A program made the translations under genes and the position numbers. From NCBI GenBank assembly GCA_028868715.1, contig JAGWUB010000001.1, positions 183,206 to 247,205 of the forward strand: a stretch of 64,000 nt of DNA. The letters run 5' to 3'. The notes beneath the pieces are model-generated. The model searched no databases. It saw nothing but the letters and a program-made list of their open reading frames with translations, and was not told where the DNA came from. The stretch's first letter is position 1. The number at the start of each line of letters is the position of its first letter. Positions 9,200-19,427 of the stretch are shown here, piece after piece. This stretch comes from Patescibacteria group bacterium. GTDB lineage: Bacteria > Patescibacteriota > Minisyncoccia > Phycocordibacterales > UBA9973.

Positions 9200-9688
9200 A
9201 TGACTTTTTTAGATAAAGTAAAACAGAAAATTTGGCATTTTATTTATAAATTTTTTCCAACGGTGCAGAAGTTTTTCCTTCGCTTTCACGAAAAAGGCCG
9301 ACAGCGGTATCATATTGGTTGGCTCACACCAGGTAAAACCCTAGAAGACTTAAAAAAACATTTACATAACGAGTGGGGATTTGGTAATCATTTCGTAGCT
9401 TGGCCAGATGAGGGGCAGGTTTTGAGCTGGAGAAAATTAGCAGATTTTCAAGATCAATATCATCTACGGGTTTTTAGTGATGGTGAAATTCGCGGGCACT
9501 ATGAATACACCCCCGAAGCACATCCAATAGAACATTTTGATGAAAAAGGAGAGAGCTTTCACAGAGAAGATTTTCTAAAATTTCTTGGAGAATTTGTCAC
9601 TGACAAAAAAACCCTGGGAACACATCTGACGATGGACCCCGAGGCTTATAATCCTAATTCCGAAATTGCTTTCGAAAACAAAAAATAA
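9200..9688 (+). CDS. Hypothetical protein
   Basis: 162-aa ORF with no recognisable motif. Confidence 0.4.
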   Translation: MTFLDKVKQKIWHFIYKFFPTVQKFFLRFHEKGRQRYHIGWLTPGKTLEDLKKHLHNEWGFGNHFVAWPDEGQVLSWRKLADFQDQYHLRVFSDGEIRGHYEYTPEAHPIEHFDEKGESFHREDFLKFLGEFVTDKKTLGTHLTMDPEAYNPNSEIAFENKK

Positions 9689-9691
9689 TTT

Positions 9692-10708
9692 ATGGACTTT
9701 TTTAACGATTTTGATAAATTTTCTGGGCTAGAGAAAAAATGGATAACTGCTTCATCTGAGCTTAAGGGCATAGATGGAAATAAAAAAAATATCAAAATTG
9801 AACTTATGGACGATGGCAACCCTCGAGCAGTGGCATTTTTTGATATTGATGGAACCTTGGCTCATCTAGGAGTAATACATGGCAAAGCTATAGCTAAACT
9901 TTTTCCAGACCAAGAACCTAAAGAATTAGAGCAAACTTATTATAAAGGTTTTAAACTGGGAAATTCTTTTCGAGAATTTGATCGTATGCGCGGAATCTAT
10001 ATTGACGGACATTTAGAATGGAAAGATCCTGAAGTTTACGTGAAAGATCGTTTTACTCCACATGCTGAAGAAATTGATCAACCCGGACATTCGGCACACA
10101 ATATTGCAGCAGCAATACTTGAAGAGTATGGAAAGGTTGCTGCACAAATATGCGATGAGTTATATCAAAAGAATCCAGAAGAATTTGAAAAATCAAACAT
10201 TGCTCCGATATTTAAGTTGGCACAAATGTATGCAAAACTTGGTATTCCTATGGTAGGATTTACCGCCAACGCTAAAGTATTTGTAGAAAAATTAGCGAAG
10301 TATTTAAAATTGTCAGATATATTTCTAGATATTGCCACAGATGAAACTATGGCTGGTGGTGGAAAAGAAATAGCAATACAGCATCTCATTAGTACATTAG
10401 AATCTAAAGATATTCCAATACCTGAAGGTAAAATGATATTTGTCGGTGATTCTCTGAGGGGAGATATTGGTACAAGTTTGACAGCTCGGGATAAAAATAA
10501 AGGAATTTTTGGGCAAGGAATTTTAGTCTTGAAAGACAAAAATGCATTGATTGAAATAGAGAAACAAATAAATGCTGACCCAAAATTAAGACACATTGTC
10601 GACAGCATTGATGTAAATGCCTTTGTAGTTGAAGATGTACCTCTTGATGAAAGAGGTAATCCCATGATGCTTTCCAGGTTTCGTAAAGATTTTTTAAAAA
10701 AATTATAA
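9692..10708 (+). CDS. HAD superfamily hydrolase
   Basis: HAD motif I 'FFDIDGTLAH' and a late 'FVGDSLRGDIG' motif, with a large cap insertion between them. Confidence 0.6.
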   Translation: MDFFNDFDKFSGLEKKWITASSELKGIDGNKKNIKIELMDDGNPRAVAFFDIDGTLAHLGVIHGKAIAKLFPDQEPKELEQTYYKGFKLGNSFREFDRMRGIYIDGHLEWKDPEVYVKDRFTPHAEEIDQPGHSAHNIAAAILEEYGKVAAQICDELYQKNPEEFEKSNIAPIFKLAQMYAKLGIPMVGFTANAKVFVEKLAKYLKLSDIFLDIATDETMAGGGKEIAIQHLISTLESKDIPIPEGKMIFVGDSLRGDIGTSLTARDKNKGIFGQGILVLKDKNALIEIEKQINADPKLRHIVDSIDVNAFVVEDVPLDERGNPMMLSRFRKDFLKKL

Positions 10709-10712
10709 TTTA

Positions 10713-11900
10713 TTACTTTATCTTTGACTCTGGCATTACTAAATCCCATAGCTTGGCGGCCACGTTTACTGGTTTTCCAAATAGGGGATAATGATGTAGG
10801 TCTATAAAAGGCAAACTGTTGCACTCAATTATTCCGCAATGTTGTTCTTCCTTCCAAGATTTAGTTATATCTTCAATTATAAAATCTACTCCGATAAGAG
10901 AATCATTTAAAAATCTACCGACATGCTCTAACATTTCTATGTTGTCAGGATGGGTGATGTTGGTGACTTCGGTGGTAGTTCCACCGCAACCGCGACTGGT
11001 TTTTTGCGAAAACGTAATCACTTTATCTTTTTCTGGCACATCTTCTAATTTTATATTTTGCCTTTTCAACTCTAGCTCTGCTTCATTGTCTATCATTATT
11101 TTGTGAAAGATTGGCCCGCTTCGCTCTGTTCTTTTATTTTCTTCCTCCAATAACTCTCGCAGGGTGTGTACTCCATCGCCGATTACTTCTGGTTGATCAC
11201 GTTTAACGACTGCAATTAATTTTCTATCTATTAATGTCCCCCTAAATAGACTTCCTCTAAGTTCTTCTTCAATGATCACCAGCGGAGAGATTTTCTTAGC
11301 TTTTTTAAATCCTAGAACTAATTCCTCCGGGGTATTTATATGTATCGTGGTGTGTCGACTTCTGGAGCCGAGGTTAGGCTTAGCGATGACTGGCTTGTTG
11401 ATACTATTAAAAATTTTTAAGGCTTTTGACTTGGTAAAAGCGACTCCGCCAGTGGCCACTGGTAATCCTTCCTTTTGAAATTTTTCTTTCATGATGCCTT
11501 TGTTGTCCATCCACACCAAGGCGGGCGAGATAGTTTTTTCTGATCTGGGCAAGCCATCAAAAATTATTCTTTTCCCCTTAAACTCTGCGACAAAAGCGTT
11601 ATCTATTGGACCAAAATGAAATTCATACATTTTTATCCCGCGTTTCTCGGCCTCCTCCCAGAAACATCTGGTGCGATAAGTATCACTTGCTTCTGGCTTG
11701 TATGAAAAATGCCCAAGCTTTAAAAAAACCATTAATTTGAAAAATGGTAGCGAAAACCAATCCGCTATTCGGTCGGCCGTATTTCCAAAAATATGTTCCA
11801 TTAAGTTAAAAAATGGTTCGTCTATCCAACCCAGCACTACAGAAGTATAGGCTACAAAATGATTTTCTTGCGCTGGTTCACAATCTTTACAATGTCGCAT
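10713..11900 (-). CDS. ATP-grasp domain protein (cyanophycin-synthetase/RimK-like fold)
   Basis: The C-terminal half has ATP-grasp-like beta-strand motifs ('VIAKPNLGSRS', 'GIIECNSLP'). Confidence 0.5.
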   Translation of the reverse strand: MRHCKDCEPAQENHFVAYTSVVLGWIDEPFFNLMEHIFGNTADRIADWFSLPFFKLMVFLKLGHFSYKPEASDTYRTRCFWEEAEKRGIKMYEFHFGPIDNAFVAEFKGKRIIFDGLPRSEKTISPALVWMDNKGIMKEKFQKEGLPVATGGVAFTKSKALKIFNSINKPVIAKPNLGSRSRHTTIHINTPEELVLGFKKAKKISPLVIIEEELRGSLFRGTLIDRKLIAVVKRDQPEVIGDGVHTLRELLEEENKRTERSGPIFHKIMIDNEAELELKRQNIKLEDVPEKDKVITFSQKTSRGCGGTTTEVTNITHPDNIEMLEHVGRFLNDSLIGVDFIIEDITKSWKEEQHCGIIECNSLPFIDLHHYPLFGKPVNVAAKLWDLVMPESKIK

Positions 11901-12537
11901 AAAATAATTTCCAGTCCTTTTTAAATATAAATTTACAAATATGAAAGATGGTATAAGTTATAAAGAAAGCAGCCGCCACGTCGATAGAATAATGAAGATG
12001 CCCCAGAAGTACAACAACTGCAAAAATAATAGAAAAACTTAGAAAGACGTAACGTAATGTCTTATCATCCCAAAACATTAGGGCCATAAGAAAAGGCAAA
12101 CCAGTGTGCCCTGAAAAGAAGAGATCATTCCCAGTAAAGATATTGTTTAGATATTTTCCAAAATACACCGTGCTGATAGCTACGTGGGGATAATATGGAC
12201 TGACATGTGTCAGAATAATAAAAAACGATCTAATTACCACAAAAACTGCAATGCTTTTTAAAGCAAAGGGAAAGTATCTAGGACGGACGACACCTATAAA
12301 AAGCATCACAAAACCCATAAAGATAGCACCGTATACAAATATAAGATCTACGTCATAGACTCGAGTGTTGGAAAGGATGATGTCAGTAACAGGCTCACTG
12401 GCTATACGCGTGGCGTAATTGATAGCAAAGTATTGTATAAAGATACTTATTCCGAGCAAAAAAACACCAGTCAAAAAAGAGATAATGAACTTTTTATCCT
12501 TAAAATAGATAGAATAACTTTTTTTCATTTTATCCAT
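11887..12537 (-). CDS. PAP2-family membrane phosphatase-like protein
   Basis: Polytopic membrane protein carrying the PAP2 motifs 'FSGHTG' and 'HYSIDV'. Confidence 0.5.
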   Translation of the reverse strand: MDKMKKSYSIYFKDKKFIISFLTGVFLLGISIFIQYFAINYATRIASEPVTDIILSNTRVYDVDLIFVYGAIFMGFVMLFIGVVRPRYFPFALKSIAVFVVIRSFFIILTHVSPYYPHVAISTVYFGKYLNNIFTGNDLFFSGHTGLPFLMALMFWDDKTLRYVFLSFSIIFAVVVLLGHLHYSIDVAAAFFITYTIFHICKFIFKKDWKLFYATL

Positions 12538-12568
12538 GGTATTATGTTATGATAACACAATATTTAAA

Positions 12569-13249
12569 ATGAATAAAATTTCTTGTATAATCTGCGCTTT
12601 CAATGAAGAACCGAGGATAGGGGCAGTCTTAAACGCCCTCAAGGAGCATCCGTTATTGGATGAAGTAATAGTTGTCGACGATGGATCAACTGACGGCACA
12701 AAAAAAATTATAGAACAAAATGAATGGATCAGACTAATTTCTCACCCAAAGAACTTGGGCAAAAGCGCCGCTATGTGTACGGGAATATTAAACTCCAAGA
12801 ATGACCTGCTATTGTTTTTAGATGCGGATTTAAAAGACATATCGGCCGAAGATGTGACCGCGCTAGCTATGCCAGTTTTAGAAAATAAAAGTGATGTAAG
12901 TATTAGTACTCGCAAAAACAGTTTGTTGATATATAAAATACTTGGGTTTGATTTTTTTTCTGGCGAGAGGATTATTTCCAAGAAATATTTAATTGATCAT
13001 ATAGAAGAAATAGGCAAACTTCCCGGTTATGCGATTGAAACCTATATTAATACCATAATTGTTGATAACAAATTGCGGGTTGCTATTGTGTATTTGAAAA
13101 ATGTTATCCATACGATGAAAGCGGAAAAAGTTGGACTGTGGAAGGGAATAAATTTAGAAATTAAAATGGCACTGGAATTAGTTAAATATAGTTCCTTGAT
13201 GGGAATTCTAAAACAGAATTATAAACTACTAAAGTTAAGAGTGGATTAA
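12569..13249 (+). CDS. Glycosyltransferase family 2 (polyprenol-phosphate sugar transferase-like)
   Basis: Contains 'ISCIICAFNEEPRI' and 'VVDDGSTDGT' (DxD context). The start was set at the internal Met at 12569. Confidence 0.75.
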   Translation: MNKISCIICAFNEEPRIGAVLNALKEHPLLDEVIVVDDGSTDGTKKIIEQNEWIRLISHPKNLGKSAAMCTGILNSKNDLLLFLDADLKDISAEDVTALAMPVLENKSDVSISTRKNSLLIYKILGFDFFSGERIISKKYLIDHIEEIGKLPGYAIETYINTIIVDNKLRVAIVYLKNVIHTMKAEKVGLWKGINLEIKMALELVKYSSLMGILKQNYKLLKLRVD

Positions 13250-14245
13250 ATTATCTATAAATTCTTGCGTCGAGACATCCCAAGAATATGTCAGAGCTTT
13301 TTTTCTGCCAGCTTCTCTTGAAAGTTTTAAACATTGCAATGCGGCAAATTCTAAATTTTTATCTAAAAATCCATCAACTCCATGAGAGATTACATCTCCT
13401 GGTCCGATGACATCGTGGGCAGCCACCGGCAGACCACAAGCCATAGCCTCAATAATAGTTAATCCAAAAGTATCAGTTTCAGATGGAAAAACGGCGACAT
13501 CACAAGAAGCCAGAATATCTACCAACTCTTGGCCCTTTTTATATCCAACGAATATTGCGCTATCTTTGTATTTTCTTTCTAAAGCATGGCGAAGTGGTCC
13601 GTCGCCAATGATAAGTTTGGTCCCAGGCAAGGAACACCTCAAAAACTCTTCAAGATTTTTTTCTATAGCTATACGACCAAGATAAACAAAAATAGGTCGT
13701 TGGTATGGCAGAGAAAAATTTCCGTTATTAGGCTTAAAGAGATCTGTGTCAACTCCGGCAGGCCAGATGGTAAGATTTTTTTTAAATCCTCTTTGCTCAA
13801 GTTTAGATTTTAAACTTTTAGTATGAATTATAGTTTTCTCACCACCATCATGAAACCACCTTAAGTATCGGTAAGAAGTATCAGCAAAAAACCCAATTCT
13901 AATTTCAATATATAAAGGCAAATCGGTACAGTAAGAAGTAGTAAACTTTAAGTTATTTTTTCTACAAGCATAGCGTGCCCAAAATCCCAAGACACTCTCA
14001 GTCATGATGTGAATGTAGTCAGGTTTTTCTTGCATGATAATAGATTCTACTTTTCGTTTTGTAAAAAAAGGTATGCGAACCTCTCTGTAAAATGGTAGAG
14101 GAAAAGTGGGGAAGAGACCAGGGTGGATTATAACGACTTCAAATCCCTTTTCTTTTAACCGAGGGATTAAATTATTTAAAATAGTTAAAACTCCACTGGC
14201 GACTTGTGGATACCAAGCATCAGTGACAATTAAGATTTTTTTCAT
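13235..14245 (-). CDS. Glycosyltransferase family 4 (GT-B fold)
   Basis: C-terminal 'FPSETDTFGLTIIEAMACGLPV' EX7E motif region. Confidence 0.8.
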   Translation of the reverse strand: MKKILIVTDAWYPQVASGVLTILNNLIPRLKEKGFEVVIIHPGLFPTFPLPFYREVRIPFFTKRKVESIIMQEKPDYIHIMTESVLGFWARYACRKNNLKFTTSYCTDLPLYIEIRIGFFADTSYRYLRWFHDGGEKTIIHTKSLKSKLEQRGFKKNLTIWPAGVDTDLFKPNNGNFSLPYQRPIFVYLGRIAIEKNLEEFLRCSLPGTKLIIGDGPLRHALERKYKDSAIFVGYKKGQELVDILASCDVAVFPSETDTFGLTIIEAMACGLPVAAHDVIGPGDVISHGVDGFLDKNLEFAALQCLKLSREAGRKKALTYSWDVSTQEFIDNLIHS

Positions 14246-14838
14246 ACAGTATCTTTAAATGCATTTTTCTTGATATAACTCTTAATGAAAAAATATCCAG
14301 CTATTAATATGACGGAGACCAACAACCAAACGTAAGAAAAATAATCTACATATTTAGTTGAAGTGGAAATAGTTTTTCCAAAGTAATAACCAATTGTCAT
14401 AAATAAAATAATTTTAGGGATGCTTCCTAGCATATTGTATTTCATAAACCTTAGATATTTTAATTTAACAATTCCGGCCACAAAAAGAATAAGGGAACCA
14501 ATCGGCTGAGTTTTACCGAATAATAAAATTCTGCCATCAAAGGTATGAAATTTTTCCGTTAGAGAACTTACCCTTGCTGGAGTCGCTCCGATATATTTTC
14601 CAAAATTTCTCACAAACCATTCTCCGGCATAACGGCCCAAGAGGTAATACATTGTGTCTCCGACAACGTCTCCCATCACTAGAACAAAAAAAACAATAAA
14701 AGCATTAAATATTTTCAAGGAGACTAAAAATCCAGAAATTAAAGATATCGTTGGCCCTTCCATAATAGCAACCGGAAAAACGATCCAGTAGCCGTAGTGG
14801 ATAAAAAGTTGGGTAATAGTTGCAAAGTCTGCAGTCAT
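14242..14838 (-). CDS. DedA/VTT-family membrane protein
   Basis: 'HYGYWIVFPVAIMEGPTISLISGFL' DedA core. Confidence 0.75.
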   Translation of the reverse strand: MTADFATITQLFIHYGYWIVFPVAIMEGPTISLISGFLVSLKIFNAFIVFFVLVMGDVVGDTMYYLLGRYAGEWFVRNFGKYIGATPARVSSLTEKFHTFDGRILLFGKTQPIGSLILFVAGIVKLKYLRFMKYNMLGSIPKIILFMTIGYYFGKTISTSTKYVDYFSYVWLLVSVILIAGYFFIKSYIKKNAFKDTV

Positions 14839-14839
14839 A

Positions 14840-15820
14840 TTAATTTTTTACTTCTGAATTTTTAATGGACCTTTGTTTATTTTCAAGGGCTGTCAACACT
14901 TTCTCGGCAGCGCTAGTATACTGTTCTGGTTTGGTATTCAGGTCACCATGACCTCCTTCTACTGAGTAAAATCCGTCAATAATTTCAGAAATTTGTAATT
15001 CTTCGGGATTGCCAGATTTTTTTTGTTCACTAATATTTTTTTGTACATCCTTCATCGGAAATACTTTATCATCCACCCCATGCACTATAGAAATTCCAAT
15101 CCCATGATTTTTAATTTCTCGAAGAAATTGATAAGTTTCCGATTTAGCTATATCATTGATTTCTTTTGTGCTTAAAATTGGAGTTTTAAGTACCCACTTC
15201 ATGAATTCCTTTGTACCCCATTCCACTTGCTCCTTACCGAGAGCAGAGACCAAACCTGCTTTTTCACGTTCTTTAAAAGTTTTACCTTCAGATATTCCAG
15301 TATTCAAAAACCTAATTCCAAGTAAGGCCGTATTTATTTCCTTGACTAGACCACCAGAGTCTACCAGAACAAGATTTTCAAATTTATCTGGATATAAATG
15401 CGCAGCTGCTAGGGTTACAATGCCACCCCTTGATTCTCCAATAACCGAAACTTTACCAACTCCCTTTTTTTCTAAAACTAAATTAATAGCATTTACTTGT
15501 TTTAAGATAGAATCTCGTAAATTTTCTGTTTTTGGGTTATCACTTTTCTGGTCAATTCCATGCGGACTCTTAACAGCAATTACTCTTCTGCCTTGCTTAA
15601 CTAATTCCAGTATATTTGTTTTCCTGCCCTCTGGGGAACCATCACCATATCCAGAAATAAACAATACAGGTGCACCTTGCTTTAGCTCTTTTGGCGCTAT
15701 ATCCAGAATTTCTATTTGCTCACCCGACACATTTAAAGTTTCTCTTTTTTTGAATTCTTCTTCAAACCATTGTTCAATAGTATTTTTTTCTGATTTTAGG
15801 CTATTGGGGAAAGTTTCCAT
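14840..15820 (-). CDS. Alpha/beta-fold hydrolase
   Basis: Nucleophile elbow 'GESRG' with a downstream His in 'HGVDDKVF'. Confidence 0.6.
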   Translation of the reverse strand: METFPNSLKSEKNTIEQWFEEEFKKRETLNVSGEQIEILDIAPKELKQGAPVLFISGYGDGSPEGRKTNILELVKQGRRVIAVKSPHGIDQKSDNPKTENLRDSILKQVNAINLVLEKKGVGKVSVIGESRGGIVTLAAAHLYPDKFENLVLVDSGGLVKEINTALLGIRFLNTGISEGKTFKEREKAGLVSALGKEQVEWGTKEFMKWVLKTPILSTKEINDIAKSETYQFLREIKNHGIGISIVHGVDDKVFPMKDVQKNISEQKKSGNPEELQISEIIDGFYSVEGGHGDLNTKPEQYTSAAEKVLTALENKQRSIKNSEVKN

Positions 15821-15848
15821 ATTGATATAAGTATACCAAAAATCAATT

Positions 15849-16520
15849 TTAATGCGCTACCGTAAAAGCGACAACTTTTCTCGCCCCAGCTTTCCTCAAA
15901 ACTCTTCGGGCTTCGGTCAATGTCGCTCCGGTGGTGAGAATATCATCTATTAAAATTATATTTTTCTTATCGATTACTTCAGGATTTTTTACAGCGAAAG
16001 ATCCGATGATGTTTTTCAAACGTTCCGACCTGTTCCTAATACGGGCTTGGTGTTCGGTATCCTTTGGTTTGATCAAAACACCTGTTTCCAATCCTAGATC
16101 TACGCCATGGCGTAGATTGTTTATTTTGATTAACTCTTTGGCTATCAATTCTGCTTGGTTGTATCCTCGTTCTTTGTATCGCTTCTTTGATAAAGGAATG
16201 GGGATCAAAATAGGGGAGCGAAAATTTTCCATAATACTTAATTCTGAAAGTTCTTCCAAAAGTTTACCGTATAGAACCTCAGCAAAAGTTTCAGCTAACT
16301 TTTTTTTGTTTTTATACTTCAGTAGCCACAGGGCTTTCTTTACTGGTGGATGGCGATAGTCAAATACAGGGAAAATCCACTTTGCGCTTTCACGTTCTGC
16401 TGGTGGAAATTCCGAAATACACGAGAGGCACACATAAGCCCCATTTTTACCACAAGCTACACAAGTCACAGGGAAAACTATATTCAGCAGTTTACTTATA
16501 ATGGTGTTTAAAAATGGCAT
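15849..16520 (-). CDS. comFC: ComF family phosphoribosyltransferase-domain protein
   Basis: N-terminal CxxC zinc finger ('CVACGKNGAYVCLSC') and a C-terminal PRTase motif 'IILIDDILTTGATL'. Confidence 0.75.
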   Translation of the reverse strand: MPFLNTIISKLLNIVFPVTCVACGKNGAYVCLSCISEFPPAERESAKWIFPVFDYRHPPVKKALWLLKYKNKKKLAETFAEVLYGKLLEELSELSIMENFRSPILIPIPLSKKRYKERGYNQAELIAKELIKINNLRHGVDLGLETGVLIKPKDTEHQARIRNRSERLKNIIGSFAVKNPEVIDKKNIILIDDILTTGATLTEARRVLRKAGARKVVAFTVAH

Positions 16521-16544
16521 TTATGCTATAATATTAGCACAAAA

Positions 16545-17675
16545 ATGGACAATCCTTTTTCAAACATCCTTGGGAATATAAGCAAGCTCGTGGCCGGCAC
16601 AAAGGATACCGCTGTAGGTATTGATATCGGTTCCTCCGCTATTAAAATAGTTGAAATAAAAAGAAAAGGGAGCAAGGCAGTGCTCGAAACATACGGAGCT
16701 ATAGCCCTTGCACCTTATGACAATCAGGACGCAGGACGTATTGCCAATCTTCCGGTTGAAAAAATCTCCGAAGCCCTGACAGAAGTTTTGAAACAATCTG
16801 CGGTAGTTACAAAAGATGCGGCTTTCTCTATTCCAATACAATCAAGTTTGATTTTTACCATTGATTTGCCTTCTACTATTAAAGAAGGTGAAATGTCCAA
16901 CATTGTCTCCACAGAAGCTCGGAAGTATATTCCAGTACCGATAGGGGAAGTGTCAGTCGATTATTTTATGCTACCTAAAAAAGAACCATCTTTTTTGGAT
17001 ATGAATAGTAGCATGCCACAATCTGCTGCCTCAAATGAAAAAATAAATGTTCTAGTTGTAGCTACTCAAAATGATGCAGTAGCTAAATACCGTTCTATTG
17101 TTTCGGGAGCTAACCTTAGCCCAGCTTTCTTTGAGATCGAAGTATTTTCTTCAATTAGAGCTAATTTTGAACATGAGCTTTCTCCTGTTTTGTTAATAGA
17201 TTTTGGTGCCTCACGTACCAAGCTTTCAGTTGTTGAATACGGTATGATTAAAAGTTATCACACTATAAACCGAGGCGGTGTAGATATTACTGACTCAATT
17301 TCCAAGTCTCTAAGCATCCCTTTTTCTGAAGCGGAGAAAATGAAGAAAGAATTCGGCCTTTTTGGCAATCCTACTGAAAAAAATCTAGCTGATATCATCA
17401 AAATCCACATTGACTATATCTTTTCTGAAACCAATAATGTATTATTAAGTTATGAAAAGCAGTATAATAGTATTATTAGCAAAGTAATATTTACTGGCGG
17501 TGGATCTCTCTTGAAAGGACTTACGGAAGTAGCAGCTAATAATTTTCGGGCAGAGATAGAAATTGGACATCCATTTTCTAAAATCAATGCTCCGGTGTTT
17601 TTAGAGAAAGTTTTAGAAACTATGGGGCCAGAGTTTGCAGTTGCACTAGGTTTGGCATTGCGAAAATTGCAATAA
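16545..17675 (+). CDS. pilM: Type IV pilus assembly protein PilM
   Basis: Actin-like fold with an N-terminal 'GIDIGSSAIKIVE'. Confidence 0.85.
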   Translation: MDNPFSNILGNISKLVAGTKDTAVGIDIGSSAIKIVEIKRKGSKAVLETYGAIALAPYDNQDAGRIANLPVEKISEALTEVLKQSAVVTKDAAFSIPIQSSLIFTIDLPSTIKEGEMSNIVSTEARKYIPVPIGEVSVDYFMLPKKEPSFLDMNSSMPQSAASNEKINVLVVATQNDAVAKYRSIVSGANLSPAFFEIEVFSSIRANFEHELSPVLLIDFGASRTKLSVVEYGMIKSYHTINRGGVDITDSISKSLSIPFSEAEKMKKEFGLFGNPTEKNLADIIKIHIDYIFSETNNVLLSYEKQYNSIISKVIFTGGGSLLKGLTEVAANNFRAEIEIGHPFSKINAPVFLEKVLETMGPEFAVALGLALRKLQ

Positions 17676-17697
17676 ATGAGATAATAAATAAATAAAT

Positions 17698-18333
17698 ATG
17701 GAACCAAATTTTCAAACATCCTTCATACCTAAAAAACCAATGGTAGAAGAGCACGTCCGCGCGCCACGACCAATTGGGCTGTTGACCATTATTTCTATAT
17801 TTATTTTATTTACTGTACTTTTGGCATCTGGCGCCCTTTATTTTTACAAGGGAATCATGACTAGAAATATTGAAGGCATGAAAGCAAATTTACATTTGGC
17901 TGAACAACGTTTTGAACCATCAAAAATCACGGAATTACAGAAACTAGATAAACGACTAGGTGCGGCTAATCAAGTTTTATCTAAGCACATTGCAATCACT
18001 CCTATTTTTCAAGCACTACAGGCTGTTACTATGAAAAGTGTTAGCTTCACTAATTTTAGTTATGATTTTGGGGAAGGAGCAAATAGCAAAATAAATATTA
18101 AAATGTCAGGAGTTACGTTAGGCTATAGCAATCTTGCCCTCCAGTCTGACCTCTTTGCTAAGAATAAAAATTTCATTAATCCAGTTTTTTCCAATCTGAC
18201 ACTTAACGATAAAGGCAATGTTGCCTTTGATTTAAATTTTTCGGTCGACCCTTCTTTTGTAGATTACAAAACCATGCTCTTAACAGAAAATCAAGACAAC
18301 GGCAATCCTCAGATTCCACAGCCGGGTACTTAA
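17698..18333 (+). CDS. pilN: Type IV pilus assembly protein PilN-like
   Basis: Single N-terminal TM and sits directly after pilM. Length 211 aa. Confidence 0.55.
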   Translation: MEPNFQTSFIPKKPMVEEHVRAPRPIGLLTIISIFILFTVLLASGALYFYKGIMTRNIEGMKANLHLAEQRFEPSKITELQKLDKRLGAANQVLSKHIAITPIFQALQAVTMKSVSFTNFSYDFGEGANSKINIKMSGVTLGYSNLALQSDLFAKNKNFINPVFSNLTLNDKGNVAFDLNFSVDPSFVDYKTMLLTENQDNGNPQIPQPGT

Positions 18334-18343
18334 ATAAATTTTT

Positions 18344-18940
18344 ATGATCAGATTCATTATGCCAATTATCTTTGTAGGAATTGCGATCACAGGTTTTTTT
18401 GTGTTCACCCAACCCCTGTATCAAGACATTGCCGCGCTTAGGGTAGATGCCGATTCTTACAATCAAGCGCTGGGTAATTCTAAGTCATTAGAAAATGAAC
18501 GAGATAAATTGACCTCCAAATACAACACCTTTAGTCAAAATGATTTAGATAGATTGCAAAAACTTTTACCAGACAACATTGATAATATTCGCTTGATTCT
18601 GGAAATAGAAAAAATAGCTGCACCTTACGGCATGGTCTTAAAAGATATAGTCTATACCGCTGACTCACAGGCAAATGCCACTCCTGCAGCAGCTACCGCA
18701 CAAGGTGGGGCAGCACTTACCACAACCACAGCAACAGATTTTAACACTTTGAATATGAGTTTTTCGGTAATGGGTACTTACAATAATTTTCTTAATTTCA
18801 CCAAAGACCTAGAGAGCAATCTTCGAATCGTGGATATATCTTCAGTTACATTTTCATCTGCTACAGTAGATATAAAAAACAACCCGACTGGAATTTATAA
18901 GTATGATTTTAAAATTAAAACTTACTGGCTAAAAAATTAA
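18344..18940 (+). CDS. pilO: Type IV pilus assembly protein PilO-like
   Basis: N-terminal TM followed by a coiled coil, in the pilMNO position. Confidence 0.5.
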   Translation: MIRFIMPIIFVGIAITGFFVFTQPLYQDIAALRVDADSYNQALGNSKSLENERDKLTSKYNTFSQNDLDRLQKLLPDNIDNIRLILEIEKIAAPYGMVLKDIVYTADSQANATPAAATAQGGAALTTTTATDFNTLNMSFSVMGTYNNFLNFTKDLESNLRIVDISSVTFSSATVDIKNNPTGIYKYDFKIKTYWLKN

Positions 18941-18941
18941 A

Positions 18942-19421
18942 ATGTTAAAACCAAAAAACATCATAATATTCGCAGTAGTTGGTATAGCCCTTGTTTTAAT
19001 TTATGTGTTTTTTATAAACAAGGCTCCAGAGCAAACTGGCTTGGTTTCAACCTCAAGCAACCCCGTAACATCTAGCACCCCTACTTCTGATGCCTCCAAC
19101 CCAAACTCCTTAGGTAGTAAAGATTTCCTAGCTGTTTTACTAAATGTCAAAACTATTAAATTAGACAATAGTATATTTTCCAATGTAGCTTTTAGTAGTT
19201 TGCATGATTCCAGTATCGTACTTACACCAGATGGAACTGAAGGCAGAATCAATCCATTTGCTCCGATAGGCTCTGATGCTGTTGTTACACCTATTAATAC
19301 TACAACAACCCCTAATCAAGCTACTCAAACCCCACCCACGACAACCCCAACGACACCAAAATCAACCAAAACAACGACGACTCCGTCTACGCCACCCTCA
19401 ACCGTAACTCCAACGAACTAA
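18942..19421 (+). CDS. Hypothetical pilus-locus membrane protein with Thr/Pro-rich tail (PilP-like by position)
   Basis: N-terminal TM and a C-terminal T/P-rich low-complexity region. Lies between pilO and pilB. Confidence 0.3.
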   Translation: MLKPKNIIIFAVVGIALVLIYVFFINKAPEQTGLVSTSSNPVTSSTPTSDASNPNSLGSKDFLAVLLNVKTIKLDNSIFSNVAFSSLHDSSIVLTPDGTEGRINPFAPIGSDAVVTPINTTTTPNQATQTPPTTTPTTPKSTKTTTTPSTPPSTVTPTN

Positions 19422-19427
19422 TTTAAT

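Noticed and set aside
10165-10824. 219-aa minus-strand ORF
   Set aside because: It overlaps the HAD hydrolase gene (HAD motifs on the plus strand) and is a low-complexity translation.
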